A stretch of 60,780 nucleotides of DNA from a virus. Taxonomy: Duplodnaviria > Caudoviricetes. The notes below the pieces were generated by a model that did not search any database, was not told the DNA's origin, and worked only from the letters and a program-made list of their open reading frames with translations. A program made the translations under genes and the position numbers. The stretch is taken from IMG/VR virus record IMGVR_UViG_3300033273_000409, positions 1 through 60,780 of that record, one strand, 5' to 3'. Shown piece after piece: positions 24,772 through 32,362 of the stretch. Each line of letters starts with the position of its first letter. Positions within the stretch are counted from its first letter, which is position 1.

Positions 24772-24818
24772 GCAACTGTCCACCATTGTCCTCAAACCCC
24801 TCCACGGGGTGCCATACT
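24761..24818 (+). promoter_or_regulatory. Early promoter cassette
   Basis: TGGACGAT-N6-ACTGTCCA, 30 nt, then TGC-CATACT. Confidence 0.7.
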
Positions 24819-24842
24819 AAGATCAATCAAACGAACCACACC

Positions 24843-25091
24843 ATGAACGGATTCACCAACTACGAAACCTGGAACGCTGCTCTCTGGATCGGCAACGATG
24901 AGTTTCTCTACAACACCGCTAAGGCATGCGTTGAGTTCTGCGATGTTACAGAGACCCCTTGGCAGAAGTTCGTCCGCTGCATGACTGACGGCGTGGTCGG
25001 TCGGTTCATCGGTGAGACGGGCGACGGCGTGCGTTGGGATGATCCTGCCATCGACGCTGCAGAGATGGAGGAAATGCTGTGCGATCTGTGA
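24843..25091 (+). CDS. Conserved phage hypothetical protein (82 aa)
   Basis: NGFTNYETWNAALWIGNDE..TGDGVRWDD motif. Confidence 0.8.
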   Translation: MNGFTNYETWNAALWIGNDEFLYNTAKACVEFCDVTETPWQKFVRCMTDGVVGRFIGETGDGVRWDDPAIDAAEMEEMLCDL

Positions 25092-25138
25092 TCTCTGCCC
25101 TTACCAAACCCCGATCCCCATCCTACCATCGTCGCACC

Positions 25139-25294
25139 ATGCTTAAGTTGATCGTTGCCGCTGGTCTGCTCTATCTGCTGTGGGAACCGATCAAACCCGT
25201 CCGCAGTGTGACAGCTGAGATACTGTACCAAGCGGGAGATCTGATCAAAGCAGACTCCCTTATGATTGATCACGAACCACAGCAGAGACCATGA
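25139..25294 (+). CDS. Small protein with N-terminal hydrophobic helix
   Basis: MLKLIVAAGLLYLLWEPIKPVRSVTAE. Confidence 0.6.
   Translation: MLKLIVAAGLLYLLWEPIKPVRSVTAEILYQAGDLIKADSLMIDHEPQQRP
25208..25266 (+). promoter_or_regulatory. Early promoter cassette (within CDS)
   Basis: GTGACAGC-N6-ACTGTACC, 31 nt, then TATGAT. Confidence 0.65.
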
Positions 25295-25539
25295 CCGACC
25301 TTCCGACCTTCGCCGTCCAACCCGCCGCCTGGGAGACCTTGGACACCTACGGATGCGACTGGGCGATCGACATGTCCCACGCCTATAAGATCGCAGCGAT
25401 CTGGCAGGAGATGAACGACGGCGGCGATATGATGATCTGGCGCGTGACCCCTGGCGGTGATCCGATCCGCTGGGTTCGGGTTTATGAGTATGAGTCCGTC
25501 GATGTTGTGGCAGATGACGCACTGGCACTCCTCTCTTGA
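25291..25539 (+). CDS. Hypothetical protein (82 aa)
   Basis: ATG after the promoter leader; GC-rich codons. Confidence 0.75.
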   Translation: MTDLPTFAVQPAAWETLDTYGCDWAIDMSHAYKIAAIWQEMNDGGDMMIWRVTPGGDPIRWVRVYEYESVDVVADDALALLS

Positions 25540-25564
25540 CCTGACCGCCAATCCGCTGTATCCT
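25507..25564 (+). promoter_or_regulatory. Early promoter cassette
   Basis: GTGGCAGA-N6-ACTGGCAC; TTGACC-N17-TATCCT. Confidence 0.75.
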
Positions 25565-25592
25565 TAAGAAGTCAACCGCACAACACCCGAAC

Positions 25593-25919
25593 ATGCGTAA
25601 GATCGAACGACTCATGAACGATGCCATCTCCAACGGCACCGATTGGCAGAGCGCCAACACCAGCGTGACCCATACCGATGACGTGGCACAGGTCCGACTC
25701 CATGGTAACCTGATCGCTGAGATCGGTGACAACTTCATCCGCCTGTTCGATGGTGGGTGGCAGTCCAATACCACCAAGTCCCGCCTGAATGCCATCCTGG
25801 CAGAGCATGGCGAGCAGGGTGACGGCGTTTTCCAGAAGGACTGGCAATGGTTCGTCCAGATGAACACCGCCCAAGGTCTGACCGTCGTCCCGTTCTTCTC
25901 CTCCATGCGCCTGGGGTGA
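25593..25919 (+). CDS. Conserved cyanophage-type hypothetical protein (108 aa)
   Basis: MRKIE..LHGNLIA..DGGWQSNTTKSRLNAIL motif. Confidence 0.8.
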   Translation: MRKIERLMNDAISNGTDWQSANTSVTHTDDVAQVRLHGNLIAEIGDNFIRLFDGGWQSNTTKSRLNAILAEHGEQGDGVFQKDWQWFVQMNTAQGLTVVPFFSSMRLG

Positions 25920-26018
25920 TCCCCCCCACCGAGCTCTGAGATTCTGAAGAAATGTTACTGCCCCTGGATTCTGCCGCCTGATGCTGTAGGATACGGGGGA
26001 ACCAATCAAAGGACACCT

Positions 26019-26228
26019 ATGCGTTTTCTGAACACCTGGATCGATTGGCAGAACGTCCCCAGCAGTGCCGTCGCCTCTATGCGAATCCGCCCCCGTCGTC
26101 GGTCGGTCACCATTGAATGGCGATCGGGGCACTACAGCACCCACACCGTGCGCCGCCGCGATATGATCCGCCTGCTGGATCCCCGCCAATCGGTCGGGCA
26201 GTGGGTGAATTGCTTCGCCCTGGGGTGA
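26019..26228 (+). CDS. KTSC-domain-like small basic protein
   Basis: SSAVAS..VTIEWRSG..Y..V..SVGQWVN resembles the KTSC pattern; AAGGA RBS; extended -10 TGTAGGAT upstream. Confidence 0.5.
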   Translation: MRFLNTWIDWQNVPSSAVASMRIRPRRRSVTIEWRSGHYSTHTVRRRDMIRLLDPRQSVGQWVNCFALG

Positions 26229-26231
26229 GGG

Positions 26232-26259
26232 TTGACCCCCTCCCCCGATCTGCTACAAT
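26232..26259 (+). promoter_or_regulatory. Sigma70 promoter
   Basis: TTGACC-N16-TACAAT with extended TG. Confidence 0.65.
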
Positions 26260-26286
26260 ATCCCTAACGATCCAAACCAACGGACC

Positions 26287-26784
26287 ATGACCCACACCGC
26301 ACTCATCGAATCCCTCCCCATCTATCAGAAGTGGGAGAGCAGCAAACAGTCCATCTGGGAGGGCAGCAAGTTCCAGTCCTTCCGCAACATCCCCTCCCCC
26401 AAGTCCAAAGGCGCTCAGGGTGAGCGTCTGGTTCAGCAGGTGATGGAGGCGCTCGGGCATCGTGTCGAGCGTCCTGAGAATTCTGATCATGATCGGATCA
26501 TCGACGGATGGAAGACTGAGATTAAGGTCAGCACCACCTGGAACGAAACCCTGGACAACTGGACCTGGCAGCAGATCAGGGAGCAGGATTATGATCGGAT
26601 CATCTTCGTGGGCATCAACCCCAACGACGTGAGCATCTGGTGGGCGACCAAGGAGGACCTTCGTCAGTTCGTGCTGGGTCGTGATGAGATGCGCCAGCAT
26701 GCTGGCAAGGACGGCGGTCAGGAGTTGTACTGGATTCAGGGCAGCGGCAAGCGCCCCTGGTTTCGTGATCTGGCAGACTTCTGA
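26287..26784 (+). CDS. Putative PD-(D/E)XK (restriction-like) endonuclease
   Basis: KGAQGERLV (helix E)..DHDRIIDGWKTEIKVST..QQIREQDYD; D-x(8-10)-E-I-K catalytic spacing. Confidence 0.65.
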   Translation: MTHTALIESLPIYQKWESSKQSIWEGSKFQSFRNIPSPKSKGAQGERLVQQVMEALGHRVERPENSDHDRIIDGWKTEIKVSTTWNETLDNWTWQQIREQDYDRIIFVGINPNDVSIWWATKEDLRQFVLGRDEMRQHAGKDGGQELYWIQGSGKRPWFRDLADF

Positions 26785-26793
26785 TCCTACCAC

Positions 26794-26821
26794 GGCGGGG
26801 CGGGTGCCTCGCCTTTTTTTG
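26794..26821 (+). terminator. Intrinsic terminator ending the early region
   Basis: GGCGGGGC-GGGT-GCCTCGCC followed by T7. Confidence 0.85.
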
Positions 26822-27027
26822 TAAAAACAGAAAAGGTGTTTCGACAGTGTTATTGAGAACGGTGGGGTCTTATTGCGAAAGCCCCGTATATTAATTCTAT
26901 GGGTCCCTCTAACCTACAAAACTTTGAAAACGAGCGATAAGTATTCTGTTTTCGAATTCGCAAAAGGGGAACCTAGTGATCAAAAAAATTTTCCGTGGTA
27001 TAATACATACTATAGGTCATTCAAATT

Positions 27028-27222
27028 ATGGACAATTACAACATCTATTGCCGAGGTCGCCGTATTTACACCGAGGTTTCTGAAGACGACATGTTGGATA
27101 TTCTCGCAGAATTCGCAGAGGACTTTCATAGTACGGGCGAGCCTGACCCTGACGAAATCGCTGTAGAATTGATAGAAAACAATGGAAAAGCAAGATATCT
27201 CACACAACCCCCCAAAGATTGA
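27028..27222 (+). CDS. Hypothetical protein (64 aa)
   Basis: Extended -10 TGGTATAAT at ~26996-27004 upstream. Confidence 0.7.
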   Translation: MDNYNIYCRGRRIYTEVSEDDMLDILAEFAEDFHSTGEPDPDEIAVELIENNGKARYLTQPPKD

Positions 27223-27370
27223 ATTATACTACCGCGCCCCACTACGCACGGATCATGTATTATTGAATGAAGCATTAGATGAATTATACAAAAAAATTGC
27301 TGTACTAGAAAAGAAAGTCGATGAGTTATCACGGAAATCTACCACTGACGACGGGTTACACCCTAGTTGA
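27182..27370 (+). CDS. Hypothetical protein (62 aa)
   Basis: Overlapping ORF with coiled-coil C-terminus. Confidence 0.5.
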   Translation: MEKQDISHNPPKIELYYRAPLRTDHVLLNEALDELYKKIAVLEKKVDELSRKSTTDDGLHPS

Positions 27371-28181
27371 CAAGAACGTTCTGAATACTGTTAGGATTCA
27401 TGATTCCTGGAGCGACAGTATTGTTGTTTCTATTGCAACAGATTCAAATGGAAGACCCTATCCGATTACAATTACCGAATGTAGGGTAGAGTTTGACAAT
27501 GAAGCGAGAACAGTGCTCAGAGCGCCTGGTAGCGGGCAGCCAGGGGACTGTAAGGCATGGAAGGAAGGATCTGTCAAGATTCTATCAAAAGAGATGAAAA
27601 TCCTAGATCTTGAGAATGACTCTACGAAAGTGATTGATGGTATTACATATCCATTGATTAATTCTGCTGGTACGATGACTTTCAGTGGACAGTATACGAA
27701 AGTAGTATTTCCATGTGATCGTATTGGATATCTTGATGATTTCAAGAGTGATGAGAACGTAGTAACTTCACATCCATATGCTGATGAACAGGGTACTGAG
27801 AGTTTGTATGTTGAGAAGTTACCGAGTGAATGGGATCATCTAACAGAGTTTCGACCTGATCCTACACATGACTGTACTTTGACATATCATATTCATGTGA
27901 TCTACACTGGTGGATCGTATGCGAATATACCAGACGATCCAAATACACCAGAGGATGAAACAATTCCTGGATATACTATTTCTGACGGGTATGAGATTCA
28001 CACGATTACGCAGAAGATACTAAATAATCACGACGATAATATCAAAATTATGCGTCATTTGCTCTCGAAAGAACGTGGGCAAGATGCTATGCAGGAAAAA
28101 TATAAGTATAGCAACACGCATTCAGACTACGAGCAATACGATACTGAGTTAGCAGATAAACAATATGCCAGCAGCGACTAG
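27321..28181 (+). CDS. Hypothetical protein (286 aa) upstream of PAAR
   Basis: Long ORF coupled to the PAAR gene. Confidence 0.75.
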   Translation: MSYHGNLPLTTGYTLVDKNVLNTVRIHDSWSDSIVVSIATDSNGRPYPITITECRVEFDNEARTVLRAPGSGQPGDCKAWKEGSVKILSKEMKILDLENDSTKVIDGITYPLINSAGTMTFSGQYTKVVFPCDRIGYLDDFKSDENVVTSHPYADEQGTESLYVEKLPSEWDHLTEFRPDPTHDCTLTYHIHVIYTGGSYANIPDDPNTPEDETIPGYTISDGYEIHTITQKILNNHDDNIKIMRHLLSKERGQDAMQEKYKYSNTHSDYEQYDTELADKQYASSD

Positions 28182-28509
28182 GATTGGAGACGCAGATTTA
28201 CCACATTGCTCTGGAATGGTCAGAGCAAAGGGATCGATCAACGTGTTTGTGAACGGAATCTCTTGGAGTTTACAGACACATCCAAATACAGGACACTTAC
28301 TTCCTGGCAATCCATGCCCAGGACACGCTGCACCAATCTCTGCAGGCGCACCAACAGTCTATGTGAACGGATTACAAGTCGGACGTATCGGAGATCCGAC
28401 GTGTACCGCAGTAGCAAGAGGTTCAATTAATGTATTTGCAGGATCTGGTGCGAGTACAGTGGCAGCACCTGCCTCTATTACACTATCCACAGCGGCAGTA
28501 ACGGTGTGA
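28165..28509 (+). CDS. PAAR-repeat spike tip protein (gp5.4-like)
   Basis: MPAATRIGD..H-C..GSINVFVNG..H..H..GAPTVYVNG..GRIGD..C..GSINVFAG. Confidence 0.9.
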   Translation: MPAATRIGDADLPHCSGMVRAKGSINVFVNGISWSLQTHPNTGHLLPGNPCPGHAAPISAGAPTVYVNGLQVGRIGDPTCTAVARGSINVFAGSGASTVAAPASITLSTAAVTV

Positions 28510-28510
28510 T

Positions 28511-31486
28511 ATGGTACAAAAGACGCAGTATACCTTTGCAATTGGGTCGATCTTTACGCCTCAAGCGTTTGATGAGACGATAAACCACGTCGCAACGTCG
28601 TGGCAGGTGTCTGATCAACCAGAATTTGGCGATGATGGGCGCGTCGAAGACCGCAGTTTTATCATTTATGAGTCATTAGTTGATACCACCGCGTTAAAGA
28701 CTCTAAAGTTCTTTGCAGAAGATGTTCTACTACCCTTTAGAGACTATTATTTACGCGCAAAATTCCATTCTGACCTCTCTGCAGGCATAAAATTAGACCC
28801 TCTGGTGCTCAAATGCACTGCAGGGTCTAATGTTGTAGACATTCGTGGGCGTCAAAACATAGTTACGAAGCAAGTAGAAGCGGATACTGGCGCAATTAAT
28901 GAAATTTTGTTCGGAATGAGAGTGAATTATGTCACTAATTTACTCGGACTTGCTGGTGGAAACATGTTTTCTAAACCTGCAGTCATAAAAAGTATTGATT
29001 ATACGAACCAACAACTAACATTATCACAGAATTGCCTCTTCAATGGGTCATATATCTTCGATTTAGAGCAAACTTACGAAAGTGAGTGGAGTCCAGCGAT
29101 CAGATTTGACTCTACAGAAGGATTTTGGGCAACTATCGAGTTCATTACTCAACCTGTGGACATCTCTATACCGCTTACTCAGTCTGGTTCGCTCACTGTT
29201 TTGGCGCAAATGTCAGATTCTACCGCAATTTCTTATCAGTGGCAGATCAGAAACGCTCAAAATCAGTTCCAAGACGTTCCTGGGGAGACTTCTACAACTC
29301 TAACCATCTCAAATGTTGCTCTAACTCAGGATGGTAGCGTATATCGTGTCAAAGCAACGTCAATTTACGGTCAACAGATCATTTCGAATGAGGTAACACT
29401 CACTGTTATCCCAATTACGATCACAATTCTCAGAGATCCAAGAGACACTGCGTTTGTTCAAGGTGGAGCTGCAACGTTTGACGTGGTTGCTACTCTTGTT
29501 GGTAGCGCAAACCTTACATATCAATGGCAGAAGCAAGAAGCAGTTGATGACCAGTGGGTAGATATTAGCGGAGCAACTAGTGTCACATATACAACTGGTG
29601 CTCTTAATACTACAAATGACCTTGGAGATAAGTATCGTGTCAAGGTTAGTAATGATGTAGCACCAGGAATTGTTGTAATATCTAATTTTGGTACTCTAGT
29701 TGCACAACCATTCGATCTTACTCTTGTCTATCCAAACAATACATCACGAAACTGGACATTTGAAATTGATGGTCCAGTAATTTGTGATAGCAGTGTCGGT
29801 CAAACATGGAACGTAATTCCGTATTCACCACTGAGTGTTGATGTTAAGATGTGGGGTAAGAGTACGACTAATCAATATGCTGGATACACTGAAGGAAGAA
29901 TTTCTTTAGCACAAGATAATGACTATAGAATTTACACTGACGTTGGTGGAGCAGCCCCAGGTACTAGTTATGGTTGGGTTACGGGTGAAAAGGGTGGTGG
30001 ATATACGGGCATTTTCAATGGTCTAAACGCATCACAATCATCGGCAATTATGATTGCAGGTGGATCTGGTGGTAGAGGTTATGGTCATGGATCATCTGCT
30101 GGTGGTCTTGGCGGTGGTACTAGTGGTACTGCAGGTGCAAACTCTAACGACACCCAAATTGGATCTACTGGCGGTGGACCAGGTACTCAAACTGGTGCTG
30201 GCGGTGGCGGCAGTGCTGGTGGATCAGCAGGAAGCGCCCTCCAAGGTGGTAGAGGTGGTAATGGATCCCTAAGTGGTTACCCCAACGCTGGAGGCGGTGG
30301 AGGAGGCGGTGGAGGTTACTACGGCGGCGGTGGCGGCGGTGGTGGTAACGACTATGGTCAGACTACTCGTAATGCATCTGGTGGTGGCGGTGGATCAGGA
30401 TATTTTGATTCATCAATCGTTACTAGTGGACTTACTACTACTGGGGCATCTCTTAAATCAACAGGTGGTACTTGGGATGATGAAGATCCAAACCGTAACG
30501 GCGCAGGATATAACTCTGATGGATCTGCTCGTCTTGTTATGACTACAGTTCTGGGTCAATATTATACCGATCCTCTTGGAAGATACCTTATCTTCTCAAA
30601 CTGCACTTACATGACTCCACCATCTTCGATGCAGAAGACATTTGGTACTGTATACCCAGGAGATACTAAGTGTATTGATAATGCAAGATGGCAGAGTATT
30701 CGTAACTCTGCTGGTAATACTGCGGCTTCAAACTTCCGTATTCAATATACAATGGGTGGATCCAAGAAACCATTCCCTTCACTCAGTCCTACTGACTACA
30801 ATCTTCATAAGATGAAGAATGCAAATGTCATAGCATTGACAAATGATTTGACTCAATGGCAACGGTATCCATCGCCTTATGAATCATCCTCATATGAGGG
30901 CATTGTACATTTTGCTTGGCATGAAGATGCTCTTGATAGTTATGCTGGACAGTTTTGGGGATATGGACTAGACTATACTGGTTTGACGTACAGTGACTAC
31001 AACATTTCACCAAATTATAGACAACCTGGAGAGAGTCTGTTCTATCAATCAATTAATTCATCAGTGCCTACATTTACTGGTAGTGGTGGTGACACAACAC
31101 TTTCAATGTGGATTATTCCCCCAGGAGTAGCACCAATCACAGGAACTAGTAGATCTGCAACAGCTAGTGTATATGAAAACCCAGCATGTAATCCTTCGTC
31201 ATATGGAAGTGGATGGTATCACAGAAGTGGTAGTGCAGAGAATACTCCTAGGATCGGAAGACAACTCGTTATCCTTTGGGATGGTGTTGTTATTTTGAAC
31301 ACTAAGACTGACACTGGTGTTACTCAAAATCCATTTGATGGCACGGTTACTTTTAATGGATGGACTTATGAAGCAACTACTCATAGGGGATCAGTTTATG
31401 GTTGGGCTTCGAATGGAACATCTTGTGGTCAGCAGAGCAGTCCGCAAGGAGACTACTGCAACTCCTTTGACATTATCAGATATTGA
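28511..31486 (+). CDS. Virion structural/fibre protein with two Ig-like domains and a glycine-rich domain
   Basis: FITQP..SYQWQ..DG..YRV Ig motifs (twice), poly-Gly GGGGGGYYGGGGG segment. Confidence 0.75.
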   Translation: MVQKTQYTFAIGSIFTPQAFDETINHVATSWQVSDQPEFGDDGRVEDRSFIIYESLVDTTALKTLKFFAEDVLLPFRDYYLRAKFHSDLSAGIKLDPLVLKCTAGSNVVDIRGRQNIVTKQVEADTGAINEILFGMRVNYVTNLLGLAGGNMFSKPAVIKSIDYTNQQLTLSQNCLFNGSYIFDLEQTYESEWSPAIRFDSTEGFWATIEFITQPVDISIPLTQSGSLTVLAQMSDSTAISYQWQIRNAQNQFQDVPGETSTTLTISNVALTQDGSVYRVKATSIYGQQIISNEVTLTVIPITITILRDPRDTAFVQGGAATFDVVATLVGSANLTYQWQKQEAVDDQWVDISGATSVTYTTGALNTTNDLGDKYRVKVSNDVAPGIVVISNFGTLVAQPFDLTLVYPNNTSRNWTFEIDGPVICDSSVGQTWNVIPYSPLSVDVKMWGKSTTNQYAGYTEGRISLAQDNDYRIYTDVGGAAPGTSYGWVTGEKGGGYTGIFNGLNASQSSAIMIAGGSGGRGYGHGSSAGGLGGGTSGTAGANSNDTQIGSTGGGPGTQTGAGGGGSAGGSAGSALQGGRGGNGSLSGYPNAGGGGGGGGGYYGGGGGGGGNDYGQTTRNASGGGGGSGYFDSSIVTSGLTTTGASLKSTGGTWDDEDPNRNGAGYNSDGSARLVMTTVLGQYYTDPLGRYLIFSNCTYMTPPSSMQKTFGTVYPGDTKCIDNARWQSIRNSAGNTAASNFRIQYTMGGSKKPFPSLSPTDYNLHKMKNANVIALTNDLTQWQRYPSPYESSSYEGIVHFAWHEDALDSYAGQFWGYGLDYTGLTYSDYNISPNYRQPGESLFYQSINSSVPTFTGSGGDTTLSMWIIPPGVAPITGTSRSATASVYENPACNPSSYGSGWYHRSGSAENTPRIGRQLVILWDGVVILNTKTDTGVTQNPFDGTVTFNGWTYEATTHRGSVYGWASNGTSCGQQSSPQGDYCNSFDIIRY

Positions 31487-31495
31487 TGCTATACT
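31467..31495 (+). promoter_or_regulatory. Sigma70 promoter
   Basis: TTGACA-N17-TATACT with extended TG. Confidence 0.75.
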
Positions 31496-31519
31496 AATGT
31501 TTTCATACGAGTCACTCTA

Positions 31520-31669
31520 ATGGCAAAGGCAAAAGTCGGTCTGAATAAAGATGGTTACGTTCCTGGTAAACCCAAGATGACCCGTCAAGGACGCTCTGCT
31601 AATACCAAAGTTTCTGCAACTTCCCGTAACGGTCGTCGTAAAGTTTATCGCGGACAAGGTAATAAATAA
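31520..31669 (+). CDS. Small highly basic protein (49 aa, not in ORF track)
   Basis: MAKAKVGLNKDGYVPGKPKMTRQGRSANTKVSATSRNGRRKVYRGQGNK*; has its own promoter. Confidence 0.75.
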   Translation: MAKAKVGLNKDGYVPGKPKMTRQGRSANTKVSATSRNGRRKVYRGQGNK

Positions 31670-31682
31670 TTTAGGAGATAGT

Positions 31683-31723
31683 AACCTCCTAAAAAGTTCT
31701 TATGGACTTTTAGGAGGTTTTTT
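31683..31723 (+). terminator. Long hairpin/terminator overlapping the next gene's RBS
   Basis: AACCTCCTAAAA(A)GTTC..GGACTTTTAGGAGGTT plus T-run. Confidence 0.75.
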
Positions 31724-31724
31724 C

Positions 31725-31928
31725 ATGGGCAATCATCACGTAGATAAAAGTGAAGAATTTATAAAGGAAGGTATGACTCTCATCACAGAGGTAGAGTCAG
31801 AAAAGTGGATAAAATTGCATCAAGAAAACAAGAAGAGAGAAGCAACAAAACCACCAGAGGACAGACTTTCAAGACCATGTGGTGGTCAGGGTGGTTTTGA
31901 CGACTTTGTAGAAAGGTGGTCTCAGTGA
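31725..31928 (+). CDS. Hypothetical protein (67 aa)
   Basis: AGGAGG RBS. Confidence 0.7.
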   Translation: MGNHHVDKSEEFIKEGMTLITEVESEKWIKLHQENKKREATKPPEDRLSRPCGGQGGFDDFVERWSQ

Positions 31929-31966
31929 CAGTCTAAATAAATATAAGACGATGTTATTAGTGCCTC

Positions 31967-32362
31967 ATGGCGCAACAAAAATCCAGGTCATTCAAAGATA
32001 TAGCATTTTCTTTTGATAGGCATCCTAAAACAAAGGATATCCTTATCAAAAAGAATGAGCAGGCTATTGTGTCTGCAGTGAAGCACTTGATTTTGACTAA
32101 TAAAGGTGAAAGACCATTTCAACCGAATTTAGGTACAGATATCAACCGTTTATTATTTGAAAATATTGACGTTGGTATCGCGGCAAGGTTATCTGAAGAA
32201 ATTGAGTTTTTGATAAAGGGTTATGAGCCAAGGGTAGAACTAGACTCTGTAACTGTTACTCCAGATTATGATAATAATGGTTTTTCTGCCGAGATCAATT
32301 TTTATATTATCGGTATACCATATCTTCAAACTGTAGACATGTTTTTAGAGAGCACTAGGTAA
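31967..32362 (+). CDS. gp25: Baseplate wedge subunit gp25
   Basis: FKDI..F..HP..D..NEQAI..LILTNKGERPFQPNLG..LLFE..YEPRV; late-promoter-like TAAATA at 31932-31943. Confidence 0.92.
   Translation: MAQQKSRSFKDIAFSFDRHPKTKDILIKKNEQAIVSAVKHLILTNKGERPFQPNLGTDINRLLFENIDVGIAARLSEEIEFLIKGYEPRVELDSVTVTPDYDNNGFSAEINFYIIGIPYLQTVDMFLESTR

Noticed and set aside
11349-25528. Palindromes as CRP, NtcA or integron attC sites
   Set aside because: The arms do not match TGTGA-N6-TCACA or GTA-N8-TAC, there are no attC R-box ends, and no integrase is in the window. The fixed distance to the -10 favours a different regulator.
24908-26793. Long minus-strand ORFs (332, 205 and 228 aa)
   Set aside because: Expected stop-poor shadows in GC-rich DNA; they overlap several well-supported + strand genes with promoters.
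24800-26800. GC-rich island as a mobile element, host contamination or HIP1-rich DNA
   Set aside because: No transposase, integrase or terminal repeats. It carries the same phage promoter cassettes as the flanking region, and I saw no full GCGATCGC sites.
30050-30400. GGN-rich nucleotide repeat
   Set aside because: Simply encodes the poly-Gly domain of the fibre protein.
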